This document shows positions 36,054 to 44,960 of a DNA stretch of 64,000 nucleotides, in pieces; the stretch's first letter is position 1, and each line of letters opens with the position of its first letter. The translations under genes and the position numbers were made by a program. Source of the stretch: Patescibacteria group bacterium (GTDB lineage Bacteria > Patescibacteriota > Minisyncoccia > Phycocordibacterales > UBA5272); the NCBI GenBank assembly GCA_030916895.1, contig JAUPVR010000002.1, forward strand, positions 173-64,172. Reading direction: 5' to 3'. The notes below the pieces were generated by a model. That model had not been told where the DNA came from and searched no databases. It saw nothing but the letters and a program-made list of their open reading frames with translations.

Positions 36054-37568
36054 CTAACGAGCGAACTCTATACTTCGCGACTCGCGAATAACATTTATTT
36101 TTATTTCTCCAGGATAACGCAATTCTTGTTCAATACGGAGTGCAATGTTTCTCGCAAGTTCTTGTGCTTGCAAATCAGAAACAATTGCTGGTGTTACAAA
36201 CACGCGCACTTCTCGTCCCGCTTGAAGCGCGTACACCTTCTCAATGCCCATAAATGATAGTGCGAGCGCTTCTAAATCTTGTAAACGATTAATGTAGCGC
36301 TCGACAGTATCCCTGCGTGCCCCAGGTCTTCCACCTGAAACTGCATCTGCAACTTGTACAATCACTGATTCAACAGTTTCGTATGGATACTCTTCATGGT
36401 GCGCTTGCATCGCTAAAATGATTCGCTCATCAACACCATACTTCATCAAAATCTTTCTTCCAATCTCCACATGAGTCCCTTGAATCTCGTGATCAACAGC
36501 TTTGCCGATATCATGAAGAAGCGATCCCGCTTTTGCAACGTGCACATCAGCACCGAGTTCAGATGCTAGCATGCCGGCAATATGTGCCATCTCAACTGAG
36601 TGCGTCAAAACATTTTGTCCGTAACTTGTTCTAAAGTAAAGTCGTCCAACAAGGGGAATAAGTTGATCAGGAATTGATACGAGTCCACATTCAAGTACTG
36701 CTTCTTCACCTTTCTTTCTCATAAACACACCAATATCTTTCTTTGCTTTTTCTACAAACTCTTCAATCTTTGCCGGTTGAATACGTCCGTCTTTGATGAG
36801 CATTTCCAGTGCATTTACCGCGATTGCACGCCTCACAGGATCAAAACAAGACACAACAATACCTTTTGGATTTTCATCAACCAAAAGCTCAACCCCTGCA
36901 ACGCGTTCAAATGTTTTAATGTTGCGTCCTTCTTTACCAATAATCTTTCCTTTAATTTCTTCATCATCAATAACAACCGTGCTCGATGTAAATGATGCAA
37001 CCTCAGTGTTTGCTAAACGATACACACTGTTTACTAAAATGTCTTTTGCTTTTTCTTCCAACCGCACCTCACCATCACGAGAAAGTTTAAGTAAACGCAA
37101 TTGAATGTCATCTTCCTTTTCATGGAGAACTTTTTGGAGCACCGCATTGTATGCTTCTTCACGAGACACCCCCGCAATTCGCTCCATTTCTTTAGAAAGG
37201 GTATGCTCCTTGTGTTCTAGTTCTTCTTTTTTTGCAATAAGTGATTTTTCCTTATCACGAAGTGCTTCTAACTCCTCACGAACATCTTTTTCTCTCCTCC
37301 CAATCTCCTGCTCTTTCTCATCGAGACGAGATTCTTGCTTACTAATTCTATCTTCTATTTTCTTAACCTCCTCACGTGTTTCTCTTGCTTTTGTAAGGGC
37401 TTCTTCTTCGATAGCTGTTGCCTTACGGCGCGCTTCAAGTAATTTCTCTTCAATATCTGCCTCAATTGAACCACGACGAGAAACTGCCACATAGTGACGA
37501 ATAACATACCCTAAAACACCTCCTAATAAGAGGACAATGACGCCTTCAATGAGTAAAATGGGATTCAT
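36054..37568 (-). CDS. rny: ribonuclease Y
   Basis: N-terminal TM, long coiled coil, KH domain, HD domain (…LLHDIGKA…). Confidence 0.85.
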   Translation of the reverse strand: MNPILLIEGVIVLLLGGVLGYVIRHYVAVSRRGSIEADIEEKLLEARRKATAIEEEALTKARETREEVKKIEDRISKQESRLDEKEQEIGRREKDVREELEALRDKEKSLIAKKEELEHKEHTLSKEMERIAGVSREEAYNAVLQKVLHEKEDDIQLRLLKLSRDGEVRLEEKAKDILVNSVYRLANTEVASFTSSTVVIDDEEIKGKIIGKEGRNIKTFERVAGVELLVDENPKGIVVSCFDPVRRAIAVNALEMLIKDGRIQPAKIEEFVEKAKKDIGVFMRKKGEEAVLECGLVSIPDQLIPLVGRLYFRTSYGQNVLTHSVEMAHIAGMLASELGADVHVAKAGSLLHDIGKAVDHEIQGTHVEIGRKILMKYGVDERIILAMQAHHEEYPYETVESVIVQVADAVSGGRPGARRDTVERYINRLQDLEALALSFMGIEKVYALQAGREVRVFVTPAIVSDLQAQELARNIALRIEQELRYPGEIKINVIRESRSIEFAR

Positions 37569-37584
37569 GGTACTACCTCCAAAC

Positions 37585-38172
37585 TTACTTTGAAGTTTTT
37601 GGTTTTAGAATATGATCGACAATGCCATACTTCTTTGCTTCTTCTGCGCTCATCCAATAGTCACGATCTTTGTCTGCTTCAACTTTTTTATAGGGCTGTC
37701 CTGTAGAATCTGCCATCATCTGCGTAAGTTTTTCTTTCAAACGTAAAATATGCTTTGCGGTAATTTGAATGTCAGAGGCTTGTCCTTCAACACCAGTTAA
37801 TGGTTGGTGAATCATCACCTCAGAATTTGGAAGCGTGTAACGCTTACCTTTCTTTCCTTGTGAAAGAATGGTTGCCGCCATAGAAGCGGCCATTCCCATG
37901 CACACCGTAGAAACATCGGGTTTAACATGGTGCATCGCATCCACAATTGCAAGACCAGACTGAATTTGTCCGCCAGGGGAGTTAATGTAAAGTGTAATGT
38001 CCTTTTTAGGGTCTTCTGCTTCAAGAAAGAGAAGTTGAGCAATGACAATGTTTGCAACATCGTCATCAATTGGACCAGCAAGGAAAATTATGCGCTCTTT
38101 AAGGAGACGAGAATAGATATCAAATGCACGCTCGCCAGCATGCGTTTTTTCAATAACAGTAGGAATAAGCAT
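37585..38172 (-). CDS. clpP: ATP-dependent Clp protease proteolytic subunit
   Basis: …[12 protein letters not shown]…GMAASMAA… Ser-His-Asp triad context; 195 aa. Confidence 0.9.
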   Translation of the reverse strand: MLIPTVIEKTHAGERAFDIYSRLLKERIIFLAGPIDDDVANIVIAQLLFLEAEDPKKDITLYINSPGGQIQSGLAIVDAMHHVKPDVSTVCMGMAASMAATILSQGKKGKRYTLPNSEVMIHQPLTGVEGQASDIQITAKHILRLKEKLTQMMADSTGQPYKKVEADKDRDYWMSAEEAKKYGIVDHILKPKTSK

Positions 38173-38325
38173 AGAGGTGGAAGTAATTTAGCAGTTAGTA
38201 ATTAGGAAATGCGGGTACAAATACAATGAAAATCTCAGGAAATGGTCGGGGAATCTATCGACTGCAGTGCTTCTTTCGTATCTGGATAAGCGCACTATAG
38301 CATGATTTTATAAGGCTTAAAACTA

Positions 38326-38354
38326 TTGACAAATGTTGTCTTTTATGCTAAAAT
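38326..38354 (+). promoter_or_regulatory. strong sigma70-like promoter TTGACA-17-TGcTAAAAT
   Basis: ttgacaaatgttgtcttttatgctaaaat read directly; about 80 nt upstream of the GC-rich gene 38437..39306. Confidence 0.55.
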
Positions 38355-38436
38355 AGTACTTGAGCCCTAACTGGCAAGCCCACAAGGCACCTGGAGGGGA
38401 AGCACATTAAAAATCAACCTGTCAAAGGAGTTCGCC

Positions 38437-39306
38437 ATGAACATCTTCACTGTTGTCAAAGGCGGGCTCGCGATTGCGGGCCTCGTGTTTTTCCTCGTCG
38501 GTTTCAATTCCGGCAATACGGGCCTCATGTTGGCTTCCGCCATCATCGTAATCGGTGCGTTCCTCGTGCCGAAAGCGGTGAAGCACTTCGCCAGCCCGGA
38601 AGTGAGGATGGGCTGGCGTGTCCGTTTCGCGGTCACGAAGTTCATCACCAAGAAATACGGACCGATTCTGGCCGGATTCCTGTTCGACAAAGGTGTGCAG
38701 GCAGGGAGTGCTGTCAAAGCATTCCTCGTCAAACATACCCCGGGTGTCACCTCTGCGCTCTGGAAAGGGTTGAGGTGGATCAGCAAGAAGGTTTTCCTGC
38801 TTGCTGACTTGCTCTTCAGCCGTTTCATCCCCTGGGTTTGGAAACAGCTTCCTGATCCGGCAAAGATGATGATTGCTGGAGTTGCTCTCTTCGTTGTTGC
38901 CCTTAACTTCCAAAAAACTCTGGGTAACTGGTCAATCCCAGTTGGTTTTGCTGGAATGGTCGTCTTCGGATGGCCCATCTGGAAGCTTGTTGACGGGAAA
39001 ATCAATCCCGAAACGGCTGAAGCGAAAAAAGCCAAAGCGGACAAGAAAAAGGCCGAACTCGAAGAACAAGCCAAGAAACTGCAAGCAGAGCGTGAGCTCA
39101 TCCTTGCAGAAAGAGGGGTAGCGCGGGCTCAAGTCGATTTGGAGATTGCAAAAGTGGGTCTCCAGAAAGACGAAAGAGCTAACGAGTTCCTCAGAAATCT
39201 CAAGGACCTCGCGCAATCGGGGCTATCCAAGGAGAACCTCGACAGTGCCTTCCGTCAAAAGTTCGCTCCCAAAAAAGAAAAGCAACAGGGTGGGAACAAG
39301 AAATAA
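38437..39306 (+). CDS. hypothetical 4-TM membrane protein with C-terminal K/E-rich coiled-coil tail, GC-rich islet
   Basis: About 55% G+C; SD aaaggag; GC-rich terminator downstream. The antisense ORFs 38367..39101 and 38422..38913 are judged artefacts of the high G+C. Confidence 0.55.
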   Translation: MNIFTVVKGGLAIAGLVFFLVGFNSGNTGLMLASAIIVIGAFLVPKAVKHFASPEVRMGWRVRFAVTKFITKKYGPILAGFLFDKGVQAGSAVKAFLVKHTPGVTSALWKGLRWISKKVFLLADLLFSRFIPWVWKQLPDPAKMMIAGVALFVVALNFQKTLGNWSIPVGFAGMVVFGWPIWKLVDGKINPETAEAKKAKADKKKAELEEQAKKLQAERELILAERGVARAQVDLEIAKVGLQKDERANEFLRNLKDLAQSGLSKENLDSAFRQKFAPKKEKQQGGNKK

Positions 39307-39322
39307 CATCTCAACAAAAGTT

Positions 39323-39355
39323 GGGGCGCGACAACATGTCGCGCCCCTTTTATTT
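39323..39355 (+). terminator. terminator ggggcgcgac-aacat-gtcgcgcccc plus TTTTATTTT
   Basis: 10-bp GC stem plus T-run. Confidence 0.65.
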
Positions 39356-39396
39356 TGTCTTTTAATAAAGACATTTACTAAAAATAAAAAACCCCC

Positions 39397-39450
39397 TGCT
39401 TGGTGTGTGCGAATCATGTATTCGTGCACACAAAGCAGGGGGTTTTCGAG
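39397..39450. other. long imperfect hairpin aaaaaccccctgcttggtgtgtgc…gcacacaaagcagggggtttt
   Basis: About 19-bp interrupted stem flanked by A-run and T-run; a second terminator-like element after the islet. Confidence 0.35.
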
Positions 39451-39783
39451 AGTTACTTTTTACATGGGTTTCACAACCTAAGTAATAAAAGGAACAGTTA
39501 TTTTGGTCATTTGTATAGTGCGGTTTATATTTATTGTTTTAACCGCGATGGAAGGAACATTATGGTAGGAGAGTTGCTTCAACTTATTTCCCGTTACGCA
39601 CGGGCCGGCGTTTTGTCGCTTATCTATCTACCCTGTCTTATATGATAGTACCACTGTCTTTTATCTGCAAGAGACAACCTGTGGATAACTGTCTTTTATT
39701 TTTTACTAGTAAAAAATCTCTTTAAAATGTTGTCCTTTCGTATATGTTGCAATGTCTGTTGTATTCTCGTAGAGTAACCTGCA

Positions 39784-40473
39784 ATGCGATTACATCGCTT
39801 CTACGTAAAACAACCCCTTGGTGAAGAGCTTGTCGTAGGCAATAAAGAATTGTTACATCAGTGGACTTCTGTTTTTCGCTTTAAACCAGGCGATCAAGTC
39901 CTTCTCTTTTCTTCATCTCCTTCTGACTTCCTCTATACATTTATAACCATATCTAAAGCTGAAGCTACGTTATCTTTTGTTTCAAAAAAAGATAACATTA
40001 TAAGCGAAAAGATGGTTCTCTACATGGCGCTTGTGAAGAAAGATACCTTCGAAACAATCGTTCGACAAGCAACCGAGCTTGGCGTTACTCGTATTGTTCC
40101 TGTCCTTGCTTCAAGATCAGAAAAGAAAAATCTTAATTTCGAACGTCTAGAGACGATTATCAAAGAAGCAACCGAACAGTCAGGCAGGGGTGACATACCT
40201 CTTATTTCTCAAATTTTAAGCCTCAAGGAGGCAATTGTTGACTCAGGCGACTCCTTGCGCGTTGTTGGTAGCCTACATGGCGATAGTTTCAAACGAGGCG
40301 TCATAGAAACAAAGCAGGCTGTATCTTTGTGGATTGGACCGGAAGGGGGATGGACAAGAGAAGAGGAAGACTTGTTTAAAAAAAATGACTTTACCCTGGT
40401 AATGATAGCGCCTGAAACCTTGCGTGCTGATACTGCGGCAATTTCCCTTATTTCCCTGGCACGAAAAGCTTAG
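39784..40473 (+). CDS. rsmE: 16S rRNA (uracil1498-N3)-methyltransferase RsmE
   Basis: MRLHRFYV… N-terminal PUA-like domain; SPOUT C-terminus; …LRADTAAI… motif. Confidence 0.8.
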   Translation: MRLHRFYVKQPLGEELVVGNKELLHQWTSVFRFKPGDQVLLFSSSPSDFLYTFITISKAEATLSFVSKKDNIISEKMVLYMALVKKDTFETIVRQATELGVTRIVPVLASRSEKKNLNFERLETIIKEATEQSGRGDIPLISQILSLKEAIVDSGDSLRVVGSLHGDSFKRGVIETKQAVSLWIGPEGGWTREEEDLFKKNDFTLVMIAPETLRADTAAISLISLARKA

Positions 40474-40587
40474 GAACGCTATACTTCAGATAGTCCCTCC
40501 TGCTTTCGCGGTACTGTGGGATGTGTACACAAAATACCTATTTTAAAAACCACTTAAACGTTTAAACGCTAACCTACATACAAACTT

Positions 40588-41001
40588 ATGAATTACTATG
40601 CTTTAATCGCTCGTTCACTCATTGCCCTTCTCTTTGTTATCGCAGGTATCCAGAAGGCGATGAATTTTGAGCAGACATCTGGTTTTGTGGCAACGCTTGT
40701 TCCAGCATCGCTTGCTGATATTGTCACAGCGCTCGTCATCGTTATTGAAGTTCCTGTCGCTCTTGCTTTTGCGTGGGGATGGAGAACATGTACTATGGGT
40801 TCAATCCTTGCTGGTTTCACCGCACTTGCAACACTCCTTGCACACCGTGATTTCTCAGTGGGTGCAAATATGATCATGGCACTTAAGAACATTGCGATCA
40901 TTGGTGGTATCATGCTTGCCCTACCATCATGTGACTGTGGCATTTGCCCTCCAAGCAAGAAATCTTCACACAACCACGAACACACACACCACCAAGGGTA
41001 G
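40588..41001 (+). CDS. DoxX-family membrane protein with Cys/His-rich C-terminal tail
   Basis: 4 TM; …ALLFVIAGIQKA… DoxX-like; tail CDCGICPPSKKSSHNHEHTHHQG. Confidence 0.6.
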   Translation: MNYYALIARSLIALLFVIAGIQKAMNFEQTSGFVATLVPASLADIVTALVIVIEVPVALAFAWGWRTCTMGSILAGFTALATLLAHRDFSVGANMIMALKNIAIIGGIMLALPSCDCGICPPSKKSSHNHEHTHHQG

Positions 41002-41012
41002 TCCCTTATTTG

Positions 41013-41060
41013 GTGCACAATAAAAAATACGGCCACATGGCCGTATTTTTTATTGTGCAC
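41013..41060. terminator. 23-bp perfect inverted repeat gtgcacaataaaaaatacggcca-ca-tggccgtattttttattgtgcac between convergent doxX-like gene and tig
   Basis: Read directly; bidirectional terminator candidate. Confidence 0.55.
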
Positions 41061-41068
41061 GTTGCAAG

Positions 41069-42115
41069 CTATTCTCCACCCAAAAATTTCAAAACCTTTT
41101 CATTGGTGAGAACCTGGCGAAGGTAGCTTTTTGCTCTATCTTCATCAGCATCTTGAACCTGTGCCAGCAAACGAATAAGCTCAGTCTCTATTTCCTCCTC
41201 GGTTGGTGCAAGTTTTTCAAGTACTGAGATTTCAGCTAAAACAAGTTGACTAATGGTGCGCTTAAGTGCATCTTCTTTCCATGTTGCCTTAAGTTCATCC
41301 TCGCTTTTCTTTGTATATGCAAGGTATTCTTCCCATGTCCCACCATAGCGGGTAATGTCACCCTTCATTTGCATAAGCATTCGTTCAAGCTCCATATCAA
41401 CGAGCGCCTGAGGAACTTCCGTCTTTGTTTCCTTGATAAGCGCCTCGACAATTGCAGTCCGCTTTTTTTCAACTGCTTTTTGTTTTTTCTCAAGCGAGAG
41501 GTTTTCTTTTACCTTTTCTTTCAAATCAGAAAGTGTCTTGAAACTATCGCCGAAGCTTTGCGCAAAAGCATCATCAATTTCCGGAAGTTTCATGTCTTCT
41601 TCTTTATGGTCGTGCCCCTCATGTTCTTTGTGGTGCTCATGAAAATGTTCGTGTGCGCGTCCCTTTGCAAGTTCTTTCAAGACATCTTCAATATCCTTAT
41701 CGGTCACCTCTTCAACGACTTGATCCTTACTTGCATTGTGTGCAACCTTTTTATAATCAGGAAGTGCAAGTTCTGGCATTATAGGCACCGTAATTACAAG
41801 CTCAAGAGGGTTACCTTTAGCGAGTTTGTTGATAGAAACATGAGGTTGTGCAACAGGGGAAAGCTTGTGCTCATCGACTGCTTTCATATACGCATCCTGA
41901 AGCGCGAGGTTGGCCATCTCTTCTAAGATAATCATATCGCCATATTTTTTAACAATGATGTCTTCTGGGGCATTGCCTTTGCGAAATCCGTCAATCTCTA
42001 TTTCTTCTTGCACACGCTTAAGCGCTCTTGTTCGATATGTTTCAAGCACATCAGCACTTACCGTGATTGTCATTTCTACTTCTGATTGAGGGAGTTTTTT
42101 TACAGTAGTGTTCAT
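41069..42115 (-). CDS. tig: trigger factor (short form, His-rich insert; PPIase domain apparently absent)
   Basis: N-terminal ribosome-binding-domain motif …GFRKGNAP…; 348 aa; HEHFHEHHKEHEGHDHKEE segment where the PPIase domain would be. Confidence 0.7.
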   Translation of the reverse strand: MNTTVKKLPQSEVEMTITVSADVLETYRTRALKRVQEEIEIDGFRKGNAPEDIIVKKYGDMIILEEMANLALQDAYMKAVDEHKLSPVAQPHVSINKLAKGNPLELVITVPIMPELALPDYKKVAHNASKDQVVEEVTDKDIEDVLKELAKGRAHEHFHEHHKEHEGHDHKEEDMKLPEIDDAFAQSFGDSFKTLSDLKEKVKENLSLEKKQKAVEKKRTAIVEALIKETKTEVPQALVDMELERMLMQMKGDITRYGGTWEEYLAYTKKSEDELKATWKEDALKRTISQLVLAEISVLEKLAPTEEEIETELIRLLAQVQDADEDRAKSYLRQVLTNEKVLKFLGGE

Positions 42116-42139
42116 AGGTATACATTAAAATTTTCTAAA

Positions 42140-42721
42140 TTATGCACGTTTTGCAGTCTTCTTTCCAGCTTTTTTAATCTTTGTCTTTCCCTTTGTTTTC
42201 TTTTTGTAGAGATCGGTTGCTTCCTTGATAACATCACGGGCAGATTTTGCATCGCGCACAGAACTGATAGTAACAACTTTATTCTGAATTGTTTTATAAG
42301 TAAGGAAAAAGTGTTCAATTTCACGTAAGATGTGAGGATTCACGTCATCAATATCTTCAACGTGCTTAAAGCGTGGATCCTCAAGCGGAACCGCAAGGAT
42401 TTTTGCATCACCTTCCCCAGAATCAACCATATCGATAACACCAACAGGACGAGCGTGAACCAAAATACCGGGCAAGAGCGGATACGTTGTGAGGAGTACA
42501 ACATCAAGTGGGTCACCATCATGCCAGTGAGATTGTGGGACAAATCCGTAGTCGAATGGATAATCTTGCGATGTATGCATAACACGGTCAAGCAAGATAA
42601 GTCCTGTTTCCTTATCTAACTCATATTTGTTTTTAGAGCCTTTATTAATTTCAACAACAACCGTTATTTCGTGTGGAACATTTTTTCCTGAACTTACATC
42701 ATGAAGAAGGTTAAGTGACAT
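42140..42721 (-). CDS. ppa: inorganic pyrophosphatase (family I) with Lys-rich C-terminal tail
   Basis: …DYPFDYGFVPQSHWHDGDPLDVVLL… PPase signature. Confidence 0.85.
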   Translation of the reverse strand: MSLNLLHDVSSGKNVPHEITVVVEINKGSKNKYELDKETGLILLDRVMHTSQDYPFDYGFVPQSHWHDGDPLDVVLLTTYPLLPGILVHARPVGVIDMVDSGEGDAKILAVPLEDPRFKHVEDIDDVNPHILREIEHFFLTYKTIQNKVVTISSVRDAKSARDVIKEATDLYKKKTKGKTKIKKAGKKTAKRA

Positions 42722-42762
42722 GGGAGCGTGTAGTTACTCGTTAATAGTTAGTGGTAAGATTT

Positions 42763-44127
42763 TTATTTTACCTCGCCTTCTTTATTTTCCGAAACTTCAA
42801 GCTCTGCTCCAGGGGTGCTTGGTGAAACAGATTCAATAGATTCTCCTTCTGGTGTTGTTTCTACAACTTCATTTTCAATATGCACATCATGAGGAATCAC
42901 TTCTTCTGCAACATTCATTGCTTCGATTACCTCACCTACTTGCTCATCAAGCGTTTCGTCGATAATTCCAGCATCAGACATAACACCTTCTTCAGTTGCT
43001 TCTGCAACCATTTCACCACCAGAGACAATATCAATCTTCCAGCCGGTAAGTTTTGCCGCAAGGCGAACATTCTGCCCTCCTTTTCCAATTGCAAGTGACT
43101 GCTCTTCTGGAGCAACAGTAACAACAGCCTTCCTTTCATCTTCCGTAAGCTCAATAGAGAGAGCTTTTGCAGGAGAAAGTGCTGTTGCAATGAAACGACG
43201 AGCGTCCTCTGACCACTCAATCACATCAATTTTTTCACCAGAAAGTTCTTCGGTGATTGCAGATACACGAACACCACGCTGACCAACACAAGCCCCAATT
43301 GGGTCAACTCGTTCATCGTTTGTCTTTACCGCAATCTTTGATCGGCTCCCTGGTTCACGCGCAACAGCGACGATTTCAACAGTACCTTGTGCAATTTCTG
43401 CACTTTCATTTTTAAAGAGTTCAATTAAGAATTTTGGATGTGTGCGTGAAAGACGAATAGAAAGACCACGAAAACCTTCTTCAATTGAAAAAAGGTAGCT
43501 TCGAAGTCGTTCGCCTGGACGAAGTCTCTCTGAAGGAATCTGTTCTTCGAAAGGAAGGATTGCGGTTGTTCTACCGAGGTCAACAAATACCGTCCCGCGC
43601 TCAATACGCTGAACAATACCGGAAACAATAGTGTTTTCCTTGTCTTTGAATTCACCGATTACTGATTCACGTTCTGCTTCACGAAGTTTCTGTACGATAA
43701 CCTGCTTTGCAGTTTGTGCCGCGATGCGACCGAAGTCTTCTTGGTTTTCAAGTGGAAAAACAATTTCTTCGCCAAGCTCTGCATTTTTCTTAAAGAGGCG
43801 CGCGTCGTCTAAGAACATATGACGCTCCTCGTTGAAGCGTGGGAGAAGTTCTTCACCTTCAGCTGGTGTTGGCTCTGGAAGTTCTTCTTCACCTTCTTTC
43901 AAAATACGAACCGTTGTTTCATCAACGATGGTTTTTACTTGTTCGAAGTTTGTCTCACCAGTATCAAAATTAATACGACAACGAACAATTTGTCCGCGCT
44001 TTCCGTATTCTTTCTGATACGCAGCAGCGAGAGATTTTTCAACTGCGTCAACCACTTTTTCGTGGGAGATTTTCTTTTCTGTTTCTAGTTGCTCAAGAGC
44101 AATTTTTAAAGCTTTAATGTCTAACAT
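42763..44127 (-). CDS. nusA: transcription termination/antitermination factor NusA
   Basis: NusA N-terminus, S1 and tandem KH regions; acidic C-terminal extension. Confidence 0.85.
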   Translation of the reverse strand: MLDIKALKIALEQLETEKKISHEKVVDAVEKSLAAAYQKEYGKRGQIVRCRINFDTGETNFEQVKTIVDETTVRILKEGEEELPEPTPAEGEELLPRFNEERHMFLDDARLFKKNAELGEEIVFPLENQEDFGRIAAQTAKQVIVQKLREAERESVIGEFKDKENTIVSGIVQRIERGTVFVDLGRTTAILPFEEQIPSERLRPGERLRSYLFSIEEGFRGLSIRLSRTHPKFLIELFKNESAEIAQGTVEIVAVAREPGSRSKIAVKTNDERVDPIGACVGQRGVRVSAITEELSGEKIDVIEWSEDARRFIATALSPAKALSIELTEDERKAVVTVAPEEQSLAIGKGGQNVRLAAKLTGWKIDIVSGGEMVAEATEEGVMSDAGIIDETLDEQVGEVIEAMNVAEEVIPHDVHIENEVVETTPEGESIESVSPSTPGAELEVSENKEGEVK

Positions 44128-44275
44128 AATAATAGTAATTAGGTGGTAGGGACTAGAGACTAGTCACCCAAAATTCTTAATAAAAATGGCCGGCGCTGAA
44201 CTTAACAGGCCGACACACATACGCACATCCGTATACTCCCTAATTATAGCAAATCTACAGCAAAAGTCAAGCCTT

Positions 44276-44959
44276 TTACTTCACCACTAAACCATCCGAC
44301 AGGCGAACGATGCGGTCGGCGAGTCTGCCATATTCTTCTTCATGAGTCACCATAATAATAGTTAACTTATCCTCTTTATTTAATTTCTGAAAAATATTCA
44401 TCACGAGTTTTGATGACTCACTGTCGAGGTTCGCCGTTGGTTCATCAGCAAATAAAATTTTTGGTTTGTGCGCAATTGCGCGCGCCACAGAAACACGCTG
44501 TTGTTCACCACCTGAGAGTTCAGAAGGGAGATTGTCTGGTCTGTGATCAAGGCCAACCGCTTTCAAAACTTCCATCGCGCGCTTACGCGCGGTTTCTTCA
44601 CTTATTCCTTGCATGAGGAGAGGGACCATGATGTTTTCGCACGCAGAAAGTTCTGGAAGAAGCGAGTAGTCTTGAAACACATACCCGAGTTGATTAAGGC
44701 GAAAGGCCGTTCTTTCATCATTATCAAGACTCTCAACACTGTGACCATTCAATTTTATCGTTCCCGATGTTGGTTCATCAAGGAGGGACATTTGATACAA
44801 AAACGTTGATTTACCAGCACCGGAGCGCCCCATAATTGCCACAAACTCTCCCTCTTTTGCATAGAAGTCGATTCCCTTTAAGACACGCGTAATATCAATT
44901 CCATCTTTGAATGTCTTCGTTAATCCCTGAACATCGATGAGGTGATTTGTGTGGTTCAT
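44276..44959 (-). CDS. ABC transporter ATP-binding protein (MacB/LolD/FtsE-like)
   Basis: Walker A GRSGAGKST, signature LSGGEQQRVSVARA, Walker B ILFADEPT. Confidence 0.85.
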   Translation of the reverse strand: MNHTNHLIDVQGLTKTFKDGIDITRVLKGIDFYAKEGEFVAIMGRSGAGKSTFLYQMSLLDEPTSGTIKLNGHSVESLDNDERTAFRLNQLGYVFQDYSLLPELSACENIMVPLLMQGISEETARKRAMEVLKAVGLDHRPDNLPSELSGGEQQRVSVARAIAHKPKILFADEPTANLDSESSKLVMNIFQKLNKEDKLTIIMVTHEEEYGRLADRIVRLSDGLVVK

Positions 44960-44960
44960 A

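Noticed and set aside
38367-39101. 244-aa and 163-aa minus-strand ORFs antisense to the GC-rich membrane-protein gene
   Set aside because: Open antisense frames are expected in high-GC DNA. The plus-strand gene has a promoter, SD, TM helices and a terminator; the antisense ORFs have none.
40596-41126. 154-aa minus-strand ORF and 60-aa plus-strand ORF around the doxX-tig junction
   Set aside because: Both are generated by the 23-bp perfect palindrome (mirror peptides HNKKYGHMAVFFIVH) and by antisense of the DoxX-like gene.
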